DNA of 64,000 bases from Squalus acanthias (taxonomy: Eukaryota), in NCBI GenBank assembly GCA_030390025.1, contig CM059431.1:104596001-104660000 (forward strand). Direction: 5' to 3'. Position numbers and translations under genes: made by a program. This document shows positions 37,421-50,444 of this stretch, piece after piece. Numbering within the stretch: the stretch's first letter is position 1; every line of letters begins with the position of its first letter. The notes under the pieces are model-generated. The model was given only the letters and a program-made list of their open reading frames with translations. It had not been told where the DNA came from and searched no databases.

Positions 37421-37886
37421 GTGTCAGTCGTGGCTCAGTGGGTAGCACTCTCTCACCTGCTGAGTCACGAAGGTTGTGGGTTCAAGTCCCACCCCAGAGA
37501 TTGCAATACAAAATCCAGGCCAACACTCCAGTCCAGTGCAGTGCTGAGGGAGCGCTGCACTGTCGGAGGGGCAGTCGTCCTGTTGAGACGTTAAACCGAG
37601 GCCCCGTCTGCCCTCTCACGTGGATGCAAAGGATCCCATGGCACTATTTCGAAGAAGAGCAGGGGAGTTATTCCAGATGTCCTTGCCAATATTTATCCCT
37701 CAACCAACCTCATTAAAAAACAGATTATCTTGTCATTATCACATTGCTGTTTCTTGGACCTTGCCGTTTGTAAATTGGCTGCCGTGTTTCCTACACTACA
37801 ACAGTGACTGTACTGTGGTTGTAAAGCACCTTGGGACATCCTGAGGTTGTGAAGACAAACTATATAAATGCAAGACTTTCTTTCTT
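37421..37886 (+). mobile_element. DeuSINE (SacSINE1-like), full length
   Basis: A box tggctcagtgg, B box ggttcaagtcc, Deu-like core gagacgttaaaccgaggccccgtctg, L2-like tail. Confidence 0.8.
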
Positions 37887-38282
37887 ACTTTATATTAAAG
37901 TCTTGATTTGCTCCACAGTACTATCTTCAATAGCTAAGAAACACTTAAAACCTCCACTGCATTAGGAGGGACACCACAATCCAGAGTGGACCTTCTAGAA
38001 TGTCAGCCTTTCCTCTTGTTAGCTATGTTAATGCCAATACACAGGACTCTTTATTCATCAAGCCTTAGCTCAGGACTTTGGCACATTACACCCCTACCTT
38101 GTCTTTCTGGCGAGGGATATCTAACCTTTTGGAGGGGAGGCTCGTGATACACATCTCAAAACCAGTGACTGGGTTGCTTATGATTATGCAGTAATGAGAG
38201 CCTCCATACACAAAAATCCAAGCTCTCCATTCACATAAAAAGCAAGACCCCCCACCTCCTCCCATACACAAAAAGCTAAGAA

Positions 38283-38750
38283 GGACCTAGATGGGCAAGG
38301 GCAGCAGGTGCATGAGTACACCATCGCCTCCAAGTTCCCCTCCAAGTCACTCACCACATGGACATGGTTATATATTGGCCACTCGTTCATTATCGCTGGG
38401 TCAAAATCCTGGAACTCCCTCCCAACAGCACTGTGGGGGCACCTTCACCACACAGACTGCAGCGGTTCAAGAACATAAGAACATAAGAAATAGGAGCAGG
38501 AGTAGGCCATTCGGCCCTTCGAGCCTGTTCCGCCATTCAATAAGATCATGGCTGATCTTCTACCTCATCTCCACTTTCCTGCACTATCCCCATATCCCTT
38601 GATTCCCTTAATATTCAAAAATCTATCGATCTCTGTCTTGAATATACTCAATGACTGAGCCTCCACAGCCCTCTCAAGGGCAACTAGGGATGGGCAATAA
38701 ATCCTGGCCTTGCCAAGCGACCCTCACTCCTCAAGAACAAATTTTAGAAA
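38283..38750 (+). mobile_element. Family X LINE 3' end interrupted by a minus-strand CR1 3' tail (about 38470-38673)
   Basis: ..cagcggttcaag | aacataagaacataag..ccacagccct | ctcaagggcaactaggg.. Confidence 0.75.
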
Positions 38751-39729
38751 AGGCCCTTTTTTTTAATAAAGATCAAGACCACTATACACAAAAAATGTGA
38801 AGCCCCAATTCTCCTTCAACCCCCATCTTCTTCCCCCTTCCCTCCTCATCCTCTCCTCTCCATTGTCCCCTGAAGCCTGAAAATGTGAAAAAAAACCTCA
38901 GCCTTTTAAAATTCCCAAACCTGGAGGAATAATAAAGACTGCTTTGTAATTTCTCAAAATTCAACAATCAGGGAGGAGTTACTTCCAGTGCCTCACGCCC
39001 TGGAACTTTAAAGAACTGAAGTCCAAAAACTGCTGCACGAGCTTCGTGCACAGAACCGGCAGGAGCTGAAATCTGATTAAAAGTAATCCCTTAATTATCT
39101 GTGTGTTGTTTGCTCTCCGCACCAATTTACTTTTTTAATTTCTTCTTTTTTCTACAATATTTGGCTTGCATCTGAGTTTACTTGTGTACTGAATGTAATT
39201 ATCCAGTTTTCTGGCTTTCTTTGACTGCATTAACATATGTTTGTTTGTCAAGGTTGCATTCATCATTGTATTTAACAATTTGTGGGTATGTTTTTAAATG
39301 ATGTACTTACCTTTTGAACAGCATTTAATTATGATTAAATCATAGAATCTTACAGCACAGAAGGAGGCCATTCGGCCCATCGTGCCTGTGCCGGCTCTTT
39401 GAAAGGGCTCTCCAATTAGTCCTGCTCTTTCCCCATAGGCCTGCAATATTTTTCTGAATTTCTTCTTTATAAAGGCAATTAAGATGTCTCGTGCATATTT
39501 TTAAAAGAAGAGAGAAGTAGTGCAGAGAGGGACATTTGAGTGGCTTGAAGGGAGGAAAGAATAATGAAGAGTGAAGCTGGGAATTGGTACAGATGAAGAG
39601 ATAGAAGGAGATGGGCTGGAGATCATCTGAAGGGAGAGGGGCAGTTGGCACCTCATAGCAGGAGGGACAGCACTGAGAGCAGGATCTCTATATTAGGAAA
39701 GGAAAGGAAAAGGAATGGTACATACATTT

Positions 39730-40655
39730 ACATACATTTACATACCACCATATCACAGCCTCAGGACGTCAAAGCGTTCACAACCAATGCATCTACTTTC
39801 AAAGTCTATTCTCGGTTGTTGTTACGGCAAAACAACAACCAATCTGCGCATAGCAAAATCCCACAAACTGCAAATAAGATGAATGACCAGTTACATTTTG
39901 AGGTATTGGCTGAGAGCGAAATGTTGGCCAAGATACCAGAACTCCCTGATGTTATTTAATTAGTAACGTGCGATCTTTCGCATCCAACTGAACAGGCAGA
40001 TGGGATTTCAGTTTTATGTCTCATCCAAAAGATAGCACCGCTAACAATACAACACTCAATCAATACTGCACTGAAATGTCAGTCTACATTCTGTGATCAA
40101 GTGCTGAAGTGATGCTTGAATCTCCAACCTTTCATATTGGATGTAAGAAGCACTAAGGTCAGTGTTGAGGTCAAAAGGATAAAAAAGAAAGACTTGTGTT
40201 TATATAACACCTTTCATCACCATCGGACGTCCCAAAACGCTTTACAGCCAATGAAATACTTCTTTTTGAAGTGTGGTCACTGTTGTAATATAGGAAACTC
40301 GGCAACCAAATTGAGCACAGCAAGCTCCCACAAACAGCAATGTGATAATGACCAGATAATCTATTTTTAGTGGTGTTGGTTGAGCGATAAATTTTGGCCA
40401 GGACACTGGGGAGAACTCCCCTGCTCTTCTTCAAAATAGTGTCACAGGACCTTTTATATCCACCCGAGAGAGCAGACGGGGCCTTGGTTTAACGTCACAT
40501 CCGAAAGACGGCACCTCCGACAGTGCAGCGCTCCCTCAGTACGGCACTGGGAGTGTTAGCCTAGATTTTTGTGTTCAATTCTTTGGAATGGAACTTGAAC
40601 CCACAACCTTCTGACTGAGAGGCGAGGGTGCTACCAACTCAGCCATGGTTGACAC
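39730..40655 (-). mobile_element. Two tandem DeuSINE copies (diverged about 39730-40160; well preserved 40181-40655)
   Basis: Reverse complement of the SINE at 57605-58064. Confidence 0.75.
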
Positions 40656-41398
40656 ATGGAGTGTAGGGCTAGGGGCCGCAGAAGGAGCGAAGGGAGTGGG
40701 GAAGTCCAGGGTCAGGTGCTGCATGACAACTTTTACAAGCTGTAGTCTGGTTGCTTGACTTGTTGGATCAATCTCACAGTAGAATTGAATCTTTTGCACC
40801 TGCAATATGATGGAGGCTGGAGTGGCTTGTGGGAGTTATAAAATACAGTTCAGGACACTGGCCTAACTTAGGTAAGCTGATCCATAAAGTAACAATTAAA
40901 GGCATACTCAAGGTTGGAGATCTTCATGAGTGCATCAGGCAGGGTGTATGCATGGAGGGTGTGGGCAAAAGGACTTGCCTTATTCACTCGGTTTCGACTG
41001 GCATAAATATTGATGACAAGGGCACTCGTCCGGCCATCCAGAACAGTTTATTATACACACACAACATGCACTAACAAACCTGGACAGTAATTAAATGGTT
41101 AAAAATACAGGTTTTACTTCCCGTACAACCACGGAGCGCGCTGACTCAGGAGTTGTAGCTGCTTGGCTGCTCACTTCTTTCTTCTTCATCGCCTCGCTCC
41201 TTCTTCATCGCCTCTCCTTCGTCGCCACCTAAGAGTCCTGCAGGTCTTTCCTTTACACCATTTACAGAACGTGATCATCACGTTCTCGATACTTGGTTCA
41301 CAACTTGATTACAATAGTATAGCTTGTATAGCCATTCAAAACGTACATGGTTCATAACATGATTACCGTAGTATAGTTTGTACAGACATCGACATGAT

Positions 41399-42960
41399 GG
41401 TCGTGTTTGACAAAGTACCACATAGAAGGCTGGGTAACAAATTGAGGCTCATGGAATATAGCTGGATCAGTGGCACCTGTGCATAGGTCCCTGAAGATGG
41501 CGGGACATATTGAGAGAGTGGTTAGCAAAGCATATGGGATCTTGGGCTTCATAAATAGAGGTATTGAGTACAAAAGTAGAGAAGTTATGCTGAACCTTTA
41601 TAAAGCACTGGTTAAGCCACAACTGGAGTATTGCATCCAGTTCTGGTCACCACACTTTAGGAAGGATGTGAAGGCCCTTGAGAGGGTGCAGAGGAGATTT
41701 CCCAGAATGGTTCCAGGGATGGGGGATCTCAGCTACAAGGACAGGTTGGAGAAGCTGGATTTGTTTTCATTAGAGCAAAGGAGGTTGAGGGGTGATTTGA
41801 TAGAGGTGTACAAGATTATGACGGGTTTGGATAGGCTAGACGGGGAAAGGCTGTTCCCACTAGTTGATGGTACAAGGACTAGGGGACACAGATTTAAGGT
41901 TTTGGGCAAGAGATACAGGGGGGATGTGAGGAAAAACTTTTTTACGCAGCGAGTGGTGAGGACCTGGAATTCGCTGTTGACAGAAGTGATGGAAGCGGAC
42001 ACACTCAATGTTTTCAAGGGGAGACTGGATAGGCACTTAAGGGAAATAAACTTGCAGGGCTACGGGGATAGAGCGGGGGGAATGGGACTGACTGGATTGC
42101 CCTAGAGAGAGCTGGCACGGACTCGATGGGCTGAATGGCCTCCTTCTGTGCCGTTATGACTCTAGGGGCTGGATTTTCCAAGCCCCGAGGAGGCGGGCAA
42201 GGAGGCGGGACAGCCGGCAAACTCGGAGAAAGTGGGGGCGGATGGCAAAGCCGTCTCCATCCCGCCTCCGTGTCCTTTTGCCAGGAGGCGGGAAGATGTG
42301 CAGCTTCGGGTCCCGTCTCCTGGAGGCGGGAAAGGCATTTAATCCTTTTAACTGGCTGTTAACAGATAGTTAACAGGCAGAAAAAAGGATTAGTGCCATT
42401 TTACCTTCACAGGTGAAAGCTTCCCAACCTCGGAGAACCCCGCCGGGTTAGAGGAGACGTGGAGGAGGTCTGCGGGGGTCGGAGGCACCTGGAAGTAAGG
42501 TGTAGAGGTGAGTGATGGGTGCAAGTGTGGAGTGCTAAGTATGCAAGGTGAGTGATAAGTTTAAAAAAGTGTTCACTTACCTTGTTTTCTTCCAACAGCT
42601 TTTAGCCGCGGTGGATCGGGACAGCCGACATCCTGCTTGTCAATTTCACAGACTGGCTGTTGGAACCTCTGTTCCTACAGTCATGTGAAATTTACAAATT
42701 TGAAAGGTTTGATGAGTCCTCAACACAAGGGCTCATCAAACTAAAGAAGTCTTGACAGATAGCACACCTGACGTTGACGTGCTCTGTCAGTGACTTCTTC
42801 CCTAATTGGCCTGCTGAGCCCGCTGGGCGGGCTTAACAAGCTCAGTCAGGGGAAAATCCCTCTGGTTGGTCAGGCGAGGATGGAGGCGAGACATTGACAC
42901 GACAAGCAGCTGTCCCGCCTCCAACTCACCTCCATTCACAAAATCCAGCCCTAGGACTCT
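41399..42960 (+). mobile_element. CR1 LINE 3' fragment
   Basis: ORF 41470..42105 is the CR1 ORF2 C-terminus; (atgactct)n-type tail split by a MITE. Confidence 0.85.
42166..42951. mobile_element. Harbinger-type MITE
   Basis: TIR GGGCTGGATTTT / AAAATCCAGCCC; TSD TAG (42163-42165/42952-42954). Confidence 0.85.
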
Positions 42961-43192
42961 ATGATTACCGTAGTATAGTTTGTACAGCCATCGACGCGAT
43001 TTCCGTAGTATAGTTTGTACAGCCATCAACCCTTACAAGGGAGGGGGAAAGATGTGTTGAAGTGACTGGTTATGATTTTTACCCCTGAATTGTTTAATTT
43101 CTAATGTGCTTACTATGTTATAAATATTATTTCCAGGGGTTTCTAGTGGAGTGTATGAGGTACTGTCCTGGCAGCAAGTTCTCAGAGATATC

Positions 43193-43389
43193 GGCCCTAG
43201 AAATTCATCTCAGGCTGTGATGCAAAAACGTGCGGTATCGGATCGGATCGGATCGCCGCCCCTTACACGCAGTGCCTGATATTCGGCTGCATTGACTGCA
43301 ACGGAACTGAATATCAGGCGCAGTGTATAATGGGCTGCCGATCCGACACCGTGCGTTGTGCGCCGTCGCCCGAGACCAATTTCTAGCCC
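43193..43389. mobile_element. Short Harbinger-type MITE
   Basis: Ends GGCCCTAGAAATT / AATTTCTAGCCC; CpG-rich interior. Confidence 0.6.
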
Positions 43390-43951
43390 TATGGATGCGA
43401 TTGGGTAGAGGGATTTTTTTTGTTTCTGGTAGAATAAGATTGCTTTGGATTTCTTCAGTGGGACGAGACTGGGGAAAAACAACATCCGGGCAAAAGATTT
43501 TGCATAATAATGAAAACAGAAAACACCAGAAAGGAGAAAAAACACAGGCTAAATAGTTAACCAAACAGGGTTAAGATTCACCACTGATTCAACAGTATGT
43601 CATGCTCGATGTATGTGAATGACAAGACAAATGTTATTAACAAAATAAGATTATCTAGACAGAAAGATTTCTGCATTGGGGACATTACTAATTTAATAGA
43701 TTGGAAGAATGCTACTCCCAGTACATGACATCTGTATTCCCAACAGATCAGCATCACCCTGGTTACTATTATGCACCTGTGGAGTTTTAGCATTAGGAAC
43801 ATTTCTATTTTTGCAAATTTGCATAGCTCATAGCTTAACTCAAGTTATTGTCGACTGATATTTTCCTAATTCGACCTTTTACTGCAAAACCTTTAATATC
43901 TGGAGGCTTTGCTGTTGTTTATGCCGTGAGAGTGAAATCCCAAGATACAAT

Positions 43952-45753
43952 GGGCTAGAAATTCGTCTGCTTTGCGCCTCCCGTTAGTGCCTGCGGGGGG
44001 CGGTAACGGGGCGCTAAGTGGTTACCTTCCGGGCGCGGCGAATTCAGCGACGTCCGCGAACTTCCCTGGCGGTTTTGCGCTGGCGATAACACTTTGCGCC
44101 TCTCTATCTAGCGCCCCGTAGATCGTGACGTCATCAAGTGCGCAGCGCCCCGTTTCTGCCCCAGATGTGAAATTCGCTTCTGCCCCCTGCTGCATCGCCG
44201 GCCGTCAACAACAACAGCAACAGGAGGCGTTGTCACCTCGGCTGGCCGCTTGGGGAGCGATAATTAAAGGCAGTATTGGTCGGACCGGCCAAACTTTATT
44301 CCTCGCACCAGTCTGGTGCCTGCTGAAAGTTTTTGAAGCCTCATTGCTGCGCGATGCCTGAGCTCTCCACTCTCTGAGAGTGATTGGGGCTGTAATGGAA
44401 GTTGCGCAGGGCCTCTGGCCCCACAGAACTAAGAAGAAGAATGTTGCATCATTGGCCCTTCTCTTTAAGCGAGTATTTCCAGCATTTTATGCTGTAATTT
44501 CACATTTACAGCATCCGCTTGCAGCGGGATAGAGGAAGACACGGAAGAGGAAGACGCAGAAGAGGAGGAAGCCGAAGAGGAGGAATCAGATGGAAGGATG
44601 CATCCCAGACAGCCCCTTTGTGGCCGGGATATCCGGGATGGAATCATCCGCCTGCGGTCCCACTGGCTGGGCAGGCTGCCTCTTCTTGTTGACCCACTGG
44701 CTGGGCAGGCTGTATTTCTTGGGTGTGTGAAATGAGGAAGACACAAGGGTGGAGTTGTGCTGACGGGAGGGCGGGAAAGCAAGAGGTGCATGCCAGAAGG
44801 AGGATAACATACGAGGATAACCCGCATCTTGTATCTTTTCAGCCCCGCCGCTGGCCAAGAGCACAAACATTCCCCTGCCAAGAATGGCCAGCACCGTCTC
44901 CTCCAAGGGGGTGAGATGAGGCTAGGAATGGGAGATGTGCCTCAGTATTGGTGCAGATTGTTGGTAGGTGAGTGATTGGGGGTTGTGCATTGAGCAGTGT
45001 GTGAGGCTAGTGGTGCAGTTGGTAGGAGACAGGTTTTGAAGATGCATTCACGGACCTTAACCAGTGGTCTGAGGTCATGAAGCTTCTTTGGGCACTGGAG
45101 CCAGGTGGTGGGAGTGACACTGCTGGCAGTGACGGCCTTGGTAATGTACTCACACATCGTTATTTCTGGAGGGCCTCCTGGCTCCTGTGGGTAGAGGGCC
45201 ACTCTTGCAGTGTTGACCCCCTGACAAAGCTGGAGTGCTGCGTGTGAGACGCTCGGTGCCCCTTCCCTGGCTTGCTGAGCCATTTGTGTTAGTGCTGAGG
45301 CAGTTTTCCTATTTGTTGAGGTTAGGAAGGTAATTCACCTTTCACAGCTGAATATTCACATTTGGAACTTCTTTTAAATATTGAATATTTCTTAAAAGGC
45401 AGAAAGGGCTGAAAAATGCATTGATTCACTGCATTTTATTTTATATTGCGTCAGTGTGCATGGCCCCTTTAATTCTCAGACCTCTTTATTACCCACAATT
45501 CCCCGCGAGCTCCACAGCTTCGCTCCCATTGGCTGTGGGAAGCTGCAGCGCCTGACCTGGACAGAAACTTCATCCCGGATCCCTCCAGCAACGCCACCAG
45601 GAAAGCGTTGCATGCCGGGTGAGCGCTGTGCAACCTATCTCCATGCCCCCCAGACCAACTTCACTCGGATAGCGTTGTGGCCATTTCCAGCGGCCATTAA
45701 TTGCAGTTGCTGGTGACACCAGCAACTTTGCAGGTGAACACAAATTTTCCCCC
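43952..45753. mobile_element. Internally deleted Harbinger element: transposase C-terminal remnant (+, about 44490-44665) and Myb/SANT ORF (-, about 45055-45283)
   Basis: Ends GGGCTAGAAATT...AAATTTTCCCCC; MAQQAREGAPSVSHAAL..VALYPQ..VTASSVTPTTWLQCPKKLHDL; acidic EEDTEEEDAEEEE..RDIRDGIIRLR tail. Confidence 0.7.
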
Positions 45754-46106
45754 GATTTAATTAATAATTGGTTTAAATAAAAATTATTGCTTCAACATGA
45801 AACTGTCTACTAAAGTCAGAAGTACCGATGTCCTACCAATATCCCACTAAAATGTAGCAACATATACAACCAAATTCAAATTATAATTTAACTTAACGTT
45901 AGAAACAGATGATTCTTTGTGAAACTCTGTATGTTAAAAAATGGAAAAAAATGTAGACTATCAATGCACCCAAATTTAAAAAGCTCTGAAACTTAATGAA
46001 AGAGGTAATCACACTGGGTCTGATTTAATATTTAGATTAAATCCATGCTTGGTTGAATACTCAGTACTCAGATGTGTTTTAACTTCAATTGTCACCTTGA
46101 CATACA

Positions 46107-46425
46107 TTTTGTTTTTGTTTATGGGATCTGGGTGTCGCTGGCAAGGCCAGCATTTATTGTCCATCCCTAATTGCCCTTGAGAAGGTGGTGGTGAGCCGCC
46201 TTCTTGAACCGCTGCAGTCTGTGTGGTGAAGGTGCTCCCACAGTGCTGTTAGGGAGGGAGTTCCAGGATTTTGACCCAGCGACGATGAAGGAACGGCGAT
46301 ATATTTCCAAGTCAGGATGGTGTGTGACTTGGAGGGGAACTTGGAGGTGGTGGTGTTCCCATGCGCCTGCTGCCCTTGTCCATCTAGGTGGAAGAGGTTG
46401 CAGGTTTGGGAGGTGCTGTCGAAGA
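46107..46425 (-). mobile_element. Family X LINE 3' fragment
   Basis: Near-identical to 30221-30545. Confidence 0.8.
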
Positions 46426-47142
46426 ACTGTAACTGTACACTACAGTTACAAATCTAGCAACTGACACATACAAAATGTATCAATGAAAAAAGGGGAATGG
46501 GTTATATCCCTAAAAAAATGACTGATGAAAAGCCAAGTACTTTTTACAATACTTACATGTCTCACACATTGACCAGCTCATGTGGTGGCTGGTTGATGAA
46601 ACAAACTTCAATATGACTCTCAACAAGGGGACATGGTAGAGAAAAATCATGAGGCTTCTTTTTAAAAAAGTATATCTTACCTCAACCATTGCCCATTAAT
46701 TCTCTCCGTAAGTTCAATAAGAAGTGAGTATGCTGCCATAGTACTGGTAACTAAAAATAAATAACAGAACTATCTTGAATAGCTATACAATGTAGTCTAT
46801 CCGACAATGACGTGTCAATTTTTCTAGGCTGTGGACATCATCCCATCATGTTAAGATTTTCAGCAGTGTCCTGCAGTCACAACTCTCCATCTCTCAGTAC
46901 TGCACATTGTTTTGGCAGAGATCAGAACAGAACTACTTGGAAAAGGGAACATTTTGAAAAAAAAATTGAGATAATCACAATTTGTCCGACCTCAAATTTG
47001 TTGTCATCATTTCTGGAAGGAAAAGGAAATTGGCGTGCAATATTTACAACCAGATGGTGCTTGATCTGAATGACCGAGAAGGGTCACGGATGTGTGAAAG
47101 TTTTGACTATGGGCTGGTGTGCTGCGGGGATAGAGAATGGAC

Positions 47143-47795
47143 TTTAATTTAGTATACTGTATTCGCTGCTCACGATGCGGTCGGTCTCCTCTACATGGGG
47201 AGACCAAACGCAGATTGGAAGACCGCTTTGCGGAACACCTCCGTTCAGTCTGTAAGCATGACCCCGAGCTTCCGGTCACCTGTCACTTTAATTCTCCGCT
47301 CCACTCTCACTCTGATCTCTCCATCCTCGGCCTCTTAAACTGTTCCAGCGAAGCTCAGTGTAAGCTCGAGGAACAGCACCTCATCTTTCGATTAGGCACT
47401 TTACAGCCTTCTGGACTCAACATCAGGTTCAACAATTTCAGACCATAACCTCGGCCCCTATGTTTTCTTTTCTCTCTCACATGGCAGCTGTTGATGATTC
47501 TGCCATTGTCATTTACACCTCATCTAGAGCCATCTTTTGTTTCTTAACTTGTTCCATTGCCATCTCCTTTTGCCTTGCACCATCATCCCTTTTGTCTTTC
47601 AATCTCTCCTGCCTTCCATCCGATTTCCTTTGTTCTTTCCTCCCCTCCCCCCTTTCCCTGCCCTACACTTGCTTAAATATCTGTTACTTCTCCAACTTTT
47701 TCCAGTTCTGACGAAGGGTCATCGACCTAAAGCGTTAACTTCACGATGCTGCCTGACCTGCTGAGTGTTTCCAGCATTTTCAGTTGTTGTTATTT
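47143..47795 (+). mobile_element. Penelope-like element 3' fragment (GIY-YIG endonuclease + pseudo-LTR with mutated hammerhead at about 47704-47740)
   Basis: NLVYCIRCSRCG..HGETKRRLEDRFAEHLRSV..CHFNS..KLEEQHLIFRLGTLQPSGLNIRFNNFRP; ctgacga-agggtc-atc-gacct-aaagcgttaact. Confidence 0.85.
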
Positions 47796-48217
47796 AAAAG
47801 TGATCTTTGGGAGCTAAATGGGTAGTGCTTTAACATCGCCAATAAGCAGAGTTAACACCAGGTTCACTGCCTGCTCTGTACGGAACGAGCTGGAGTGGTG
47901 GTAGGAGAGCTACAATTGGGCTCAGTGCCCCTTGATTAGGGAACAGAAAATTAGCCATCATCGCCACTCCTTGCTATTGGGCGACCCCTACTGGGCCTGG
48001 AAGTCAGTTCAGGGGCAGGATCAGCCATGGCTGTGATCTCCCCCAATGGTGCAATGACCTGTTCCCAGTCATTGTCAAAGCTCACGCCCGAGTAATGTCT
48101 GCGTCTGGAAATACTGGAGTGTATCTGGCGCCTGTGGACCACAGCGCGCAGTCAGGGCCTTGAGGAGAGGAGGTGGAGAAAACTGAGGAGGTAAAAAAAG
48201 GAAAACTCGTCTGCTGT

Positions 48218-48447
48218 GCATTGAAATCTGGAAAAATCTTTCCCCAAAAAAGCTGTTGAGGCTTGGGGGGGAGGGGGGGGGCAATTAAAAATTTCAAAAC
48301 TGAGATTGATCGATTTTTGTTAGTCAAGGGTATCAAGGCATAAGGAAACAAGGCGGGTAGATGGAGTTAAGTTACAGATCAGCCATGATCTCATTGAATG
48401 TCGGAACAGGCTCCAGGGGCTGAATGGCCTCCTCCTGTTCCCTATGT
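48218..48447 (+). mobile_element. CR1 3' end fragment
   Basis: Matches 5688-5900. Confidence 0.75.
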
Positions 48448-48515
48448 GCCATTATGTCCTAATTTCTCAGCGACGTCAATGCAAAAGCTGACTGGAAATG
48501 CATTTAAATAACTAT

Positions 48516-49180
48516 GGGCTGGAATTTCTGATTGGAGACTTCCTGCGGGCGGATGCCTCCGATCAGAAAAAATCTACGCACTTACCTGCTGGCTCCGTAG
48601 GTCCCGAGACTTGCGATCCTGGGCCTCCCCACTACGAAATGCGCAGAGGCCCAGGTATCCCAGGGCGCAGGCGGTTCGCTAGAGCCCCTGGGATCACGTG
48701 GACCATGGGGAACCAATCAAAGAAGGGAATCCCCCTTCACACTTTTGACAGGTCTCTACGCACAGACCTGCCAAAAGTATGAATGGGAATCACTTAAAAA
48801 ACACAGTTAAACATAAAATAAGTTTTTTTTTAAAATCACATGTTTAAAATTAGTTAAAATTACATTAAATTAAATATTTAAAACAAAAATTTAATTTTTT
48901 GAAAAAATAATTAAAGTTTTTTACAGGGCTAAAAAATAATCTTGCCTTTTTTAAAAAGTATTTTTAAAATTATAAATGAGTGGAAAAAAAAATATTTTTT
49001 TAATTTTTTGCTTTTACCAGGCGTAAGATTTTTAAAGGTTTTCAGCGGGTGAATTCTTGAAAGATCGCAAGTGCCGGGTTTCAGCGCGTACGCTTCACAT
49101 GTCTAAACCCGACACTTGCGCAGCCCCTACGGGCGGGGACGCACCTCGTACACACCCGTGGGGGTCGGAAAATCCGGCCC
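48516..49180. mobile_element. Harbinger-type MITE, family A
   Basis: Ends GGGCTGGAATTT / AAAATCCGGCCC; collinear with 32806-33540; TSD imperfect. Confidence 0.75.
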
Positions 49181-49789
49181 ATTATAAATAATGCTGTGTG
49201 TGTAGTAGGCTGCCAAATATTGTTGCTTCATGGGGAACATGTCATCCTGGACTGCACGGTACCAATGTTTGAGCTGAGGAATATGTGTTCATAAAATCCT
49301 GCCCTGTATTAGTAACAAGAAATCCATTTGAAGCATTTTATTTTCCTTATCTGAAGCAGTTCAATACATCGGTTTCCTTTCTGAACCAATAAAAGCACAG
49401 CCATTGTCAATACAGCGATCCTGTTACTGTCACTTTAGGCTGACACACAGCCTCCGGCAAGTTACAATGAAATAATCCAATCCCTGTTATTACAGCACAA
49501 CAGAAGAGCTGAAGTCTGTTCTATTGGGGCAATTTGCACATTAATATTCACATTCAGCATTTAAATGCAGCAATGAAATGCCAGTACTTGTAATTACTCT
49601 CGTTAAGTACATGCTGTCAGAAATGCGATCTTTGAAACTGAAAAGAATCAATTCGCCCACTTCCTAAATATAAATGCGAGGCTTATTTTAAGAACAAGAA
49701 AAAAATAAAATGAGAATTATACCCCATTTCTATGACAGAAGGAGTTCCAAACAAAGTGGTTCGGTAATAAAACTCGACGAGCTCTCCTT

Positions 49790-49975
49790 GAACCCTCCAT
49801 AGCCTTTCACATGGTCTGTTACTCTATCTCCCTCTGCCTCTACTCTCTGGTCCATGCATGTAATACATGATTCCATTCCAACATGGCTCAGTGGAACCAG
49901 CACCTCTCCTGCAATGGCTTCCTGTCCCATTCTCCACGGTCACCTCTGGAATGCCTCAGCTTGGTCCCATCCTTG
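49790..49975 (+). mobile_element. Highly decayed L2/CR1 RT fragment
   Basis: ..NQHLSCNGFLSH..TVTSGMPQ.. resembles the RT QxVxxNGxxS...VTSGVPQG motif. Confidence 0.45.
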
Positions 49976-50444
49976 GCTCCCTCCTACACAGGCCGACCTC
50001 TACAGTCGCCTCTTCCAGTATTCCTGCTCTGTGTCTCAGGGACTGCCAAGGTGCGGATGAAATATTAAGCCGAGGGCCCCGACCGCCTTATTCATCCACG
50101 TAATCTTTCTGTCCATTCATGTAGCGTTCTGGACCACCCAGGCCCCTAGTTTAACTTCAACAACGATTTAGATATAGTCAATTAGAATGTAGAGGGGGGC
50201 AGCAATGGGATGCGACTATTGGTCTACAGTTGAAAAGCCAGGTGGCACATACTCACTCGACTCACGAATGAAGAATGGCCAATTGACAAACCACCAGCAC
50301 CTGTGGAATCATGACCCCAGCATAAGTCAGCACCTCCAGCAGAGGTATGAGAGGGAGAGTAGAAAATAAGAATACAGTATATAGTTTGCTCCAGTTTATG
50401 GACCATTCCGTTATTTTACAGTTACCTTTTCAATCAAGAACGTC

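Larger units (their letters stand above)
40960..43037 (-). mobile_element. Putative solo LTR (about 0.5 kb net) interrupted by a CR1 and a MITE
   Basis: TG...CCTTACA termini with AGGG on both flanks (40956-40959/43038-43041; alternative start 40945); minus-strand AATAAA near 41050; about 35-bp tandem unit on both sides of the insertion. Confidence 0.55.

Noticed and set aside
37421..37500. tRNA gene (also at 56727, 57605, 33990-34060 and 484-553)
   Set aside because: A/B boxes run into or match SINE bodies; these are tRNA-derived SINE heads.
41358..43030. CRISPR-like repeat (about 35-bp unit)
   Set aside because: Units are directly tandem without spacers, in a eukaryotic LTR-like context, with no cas genes.
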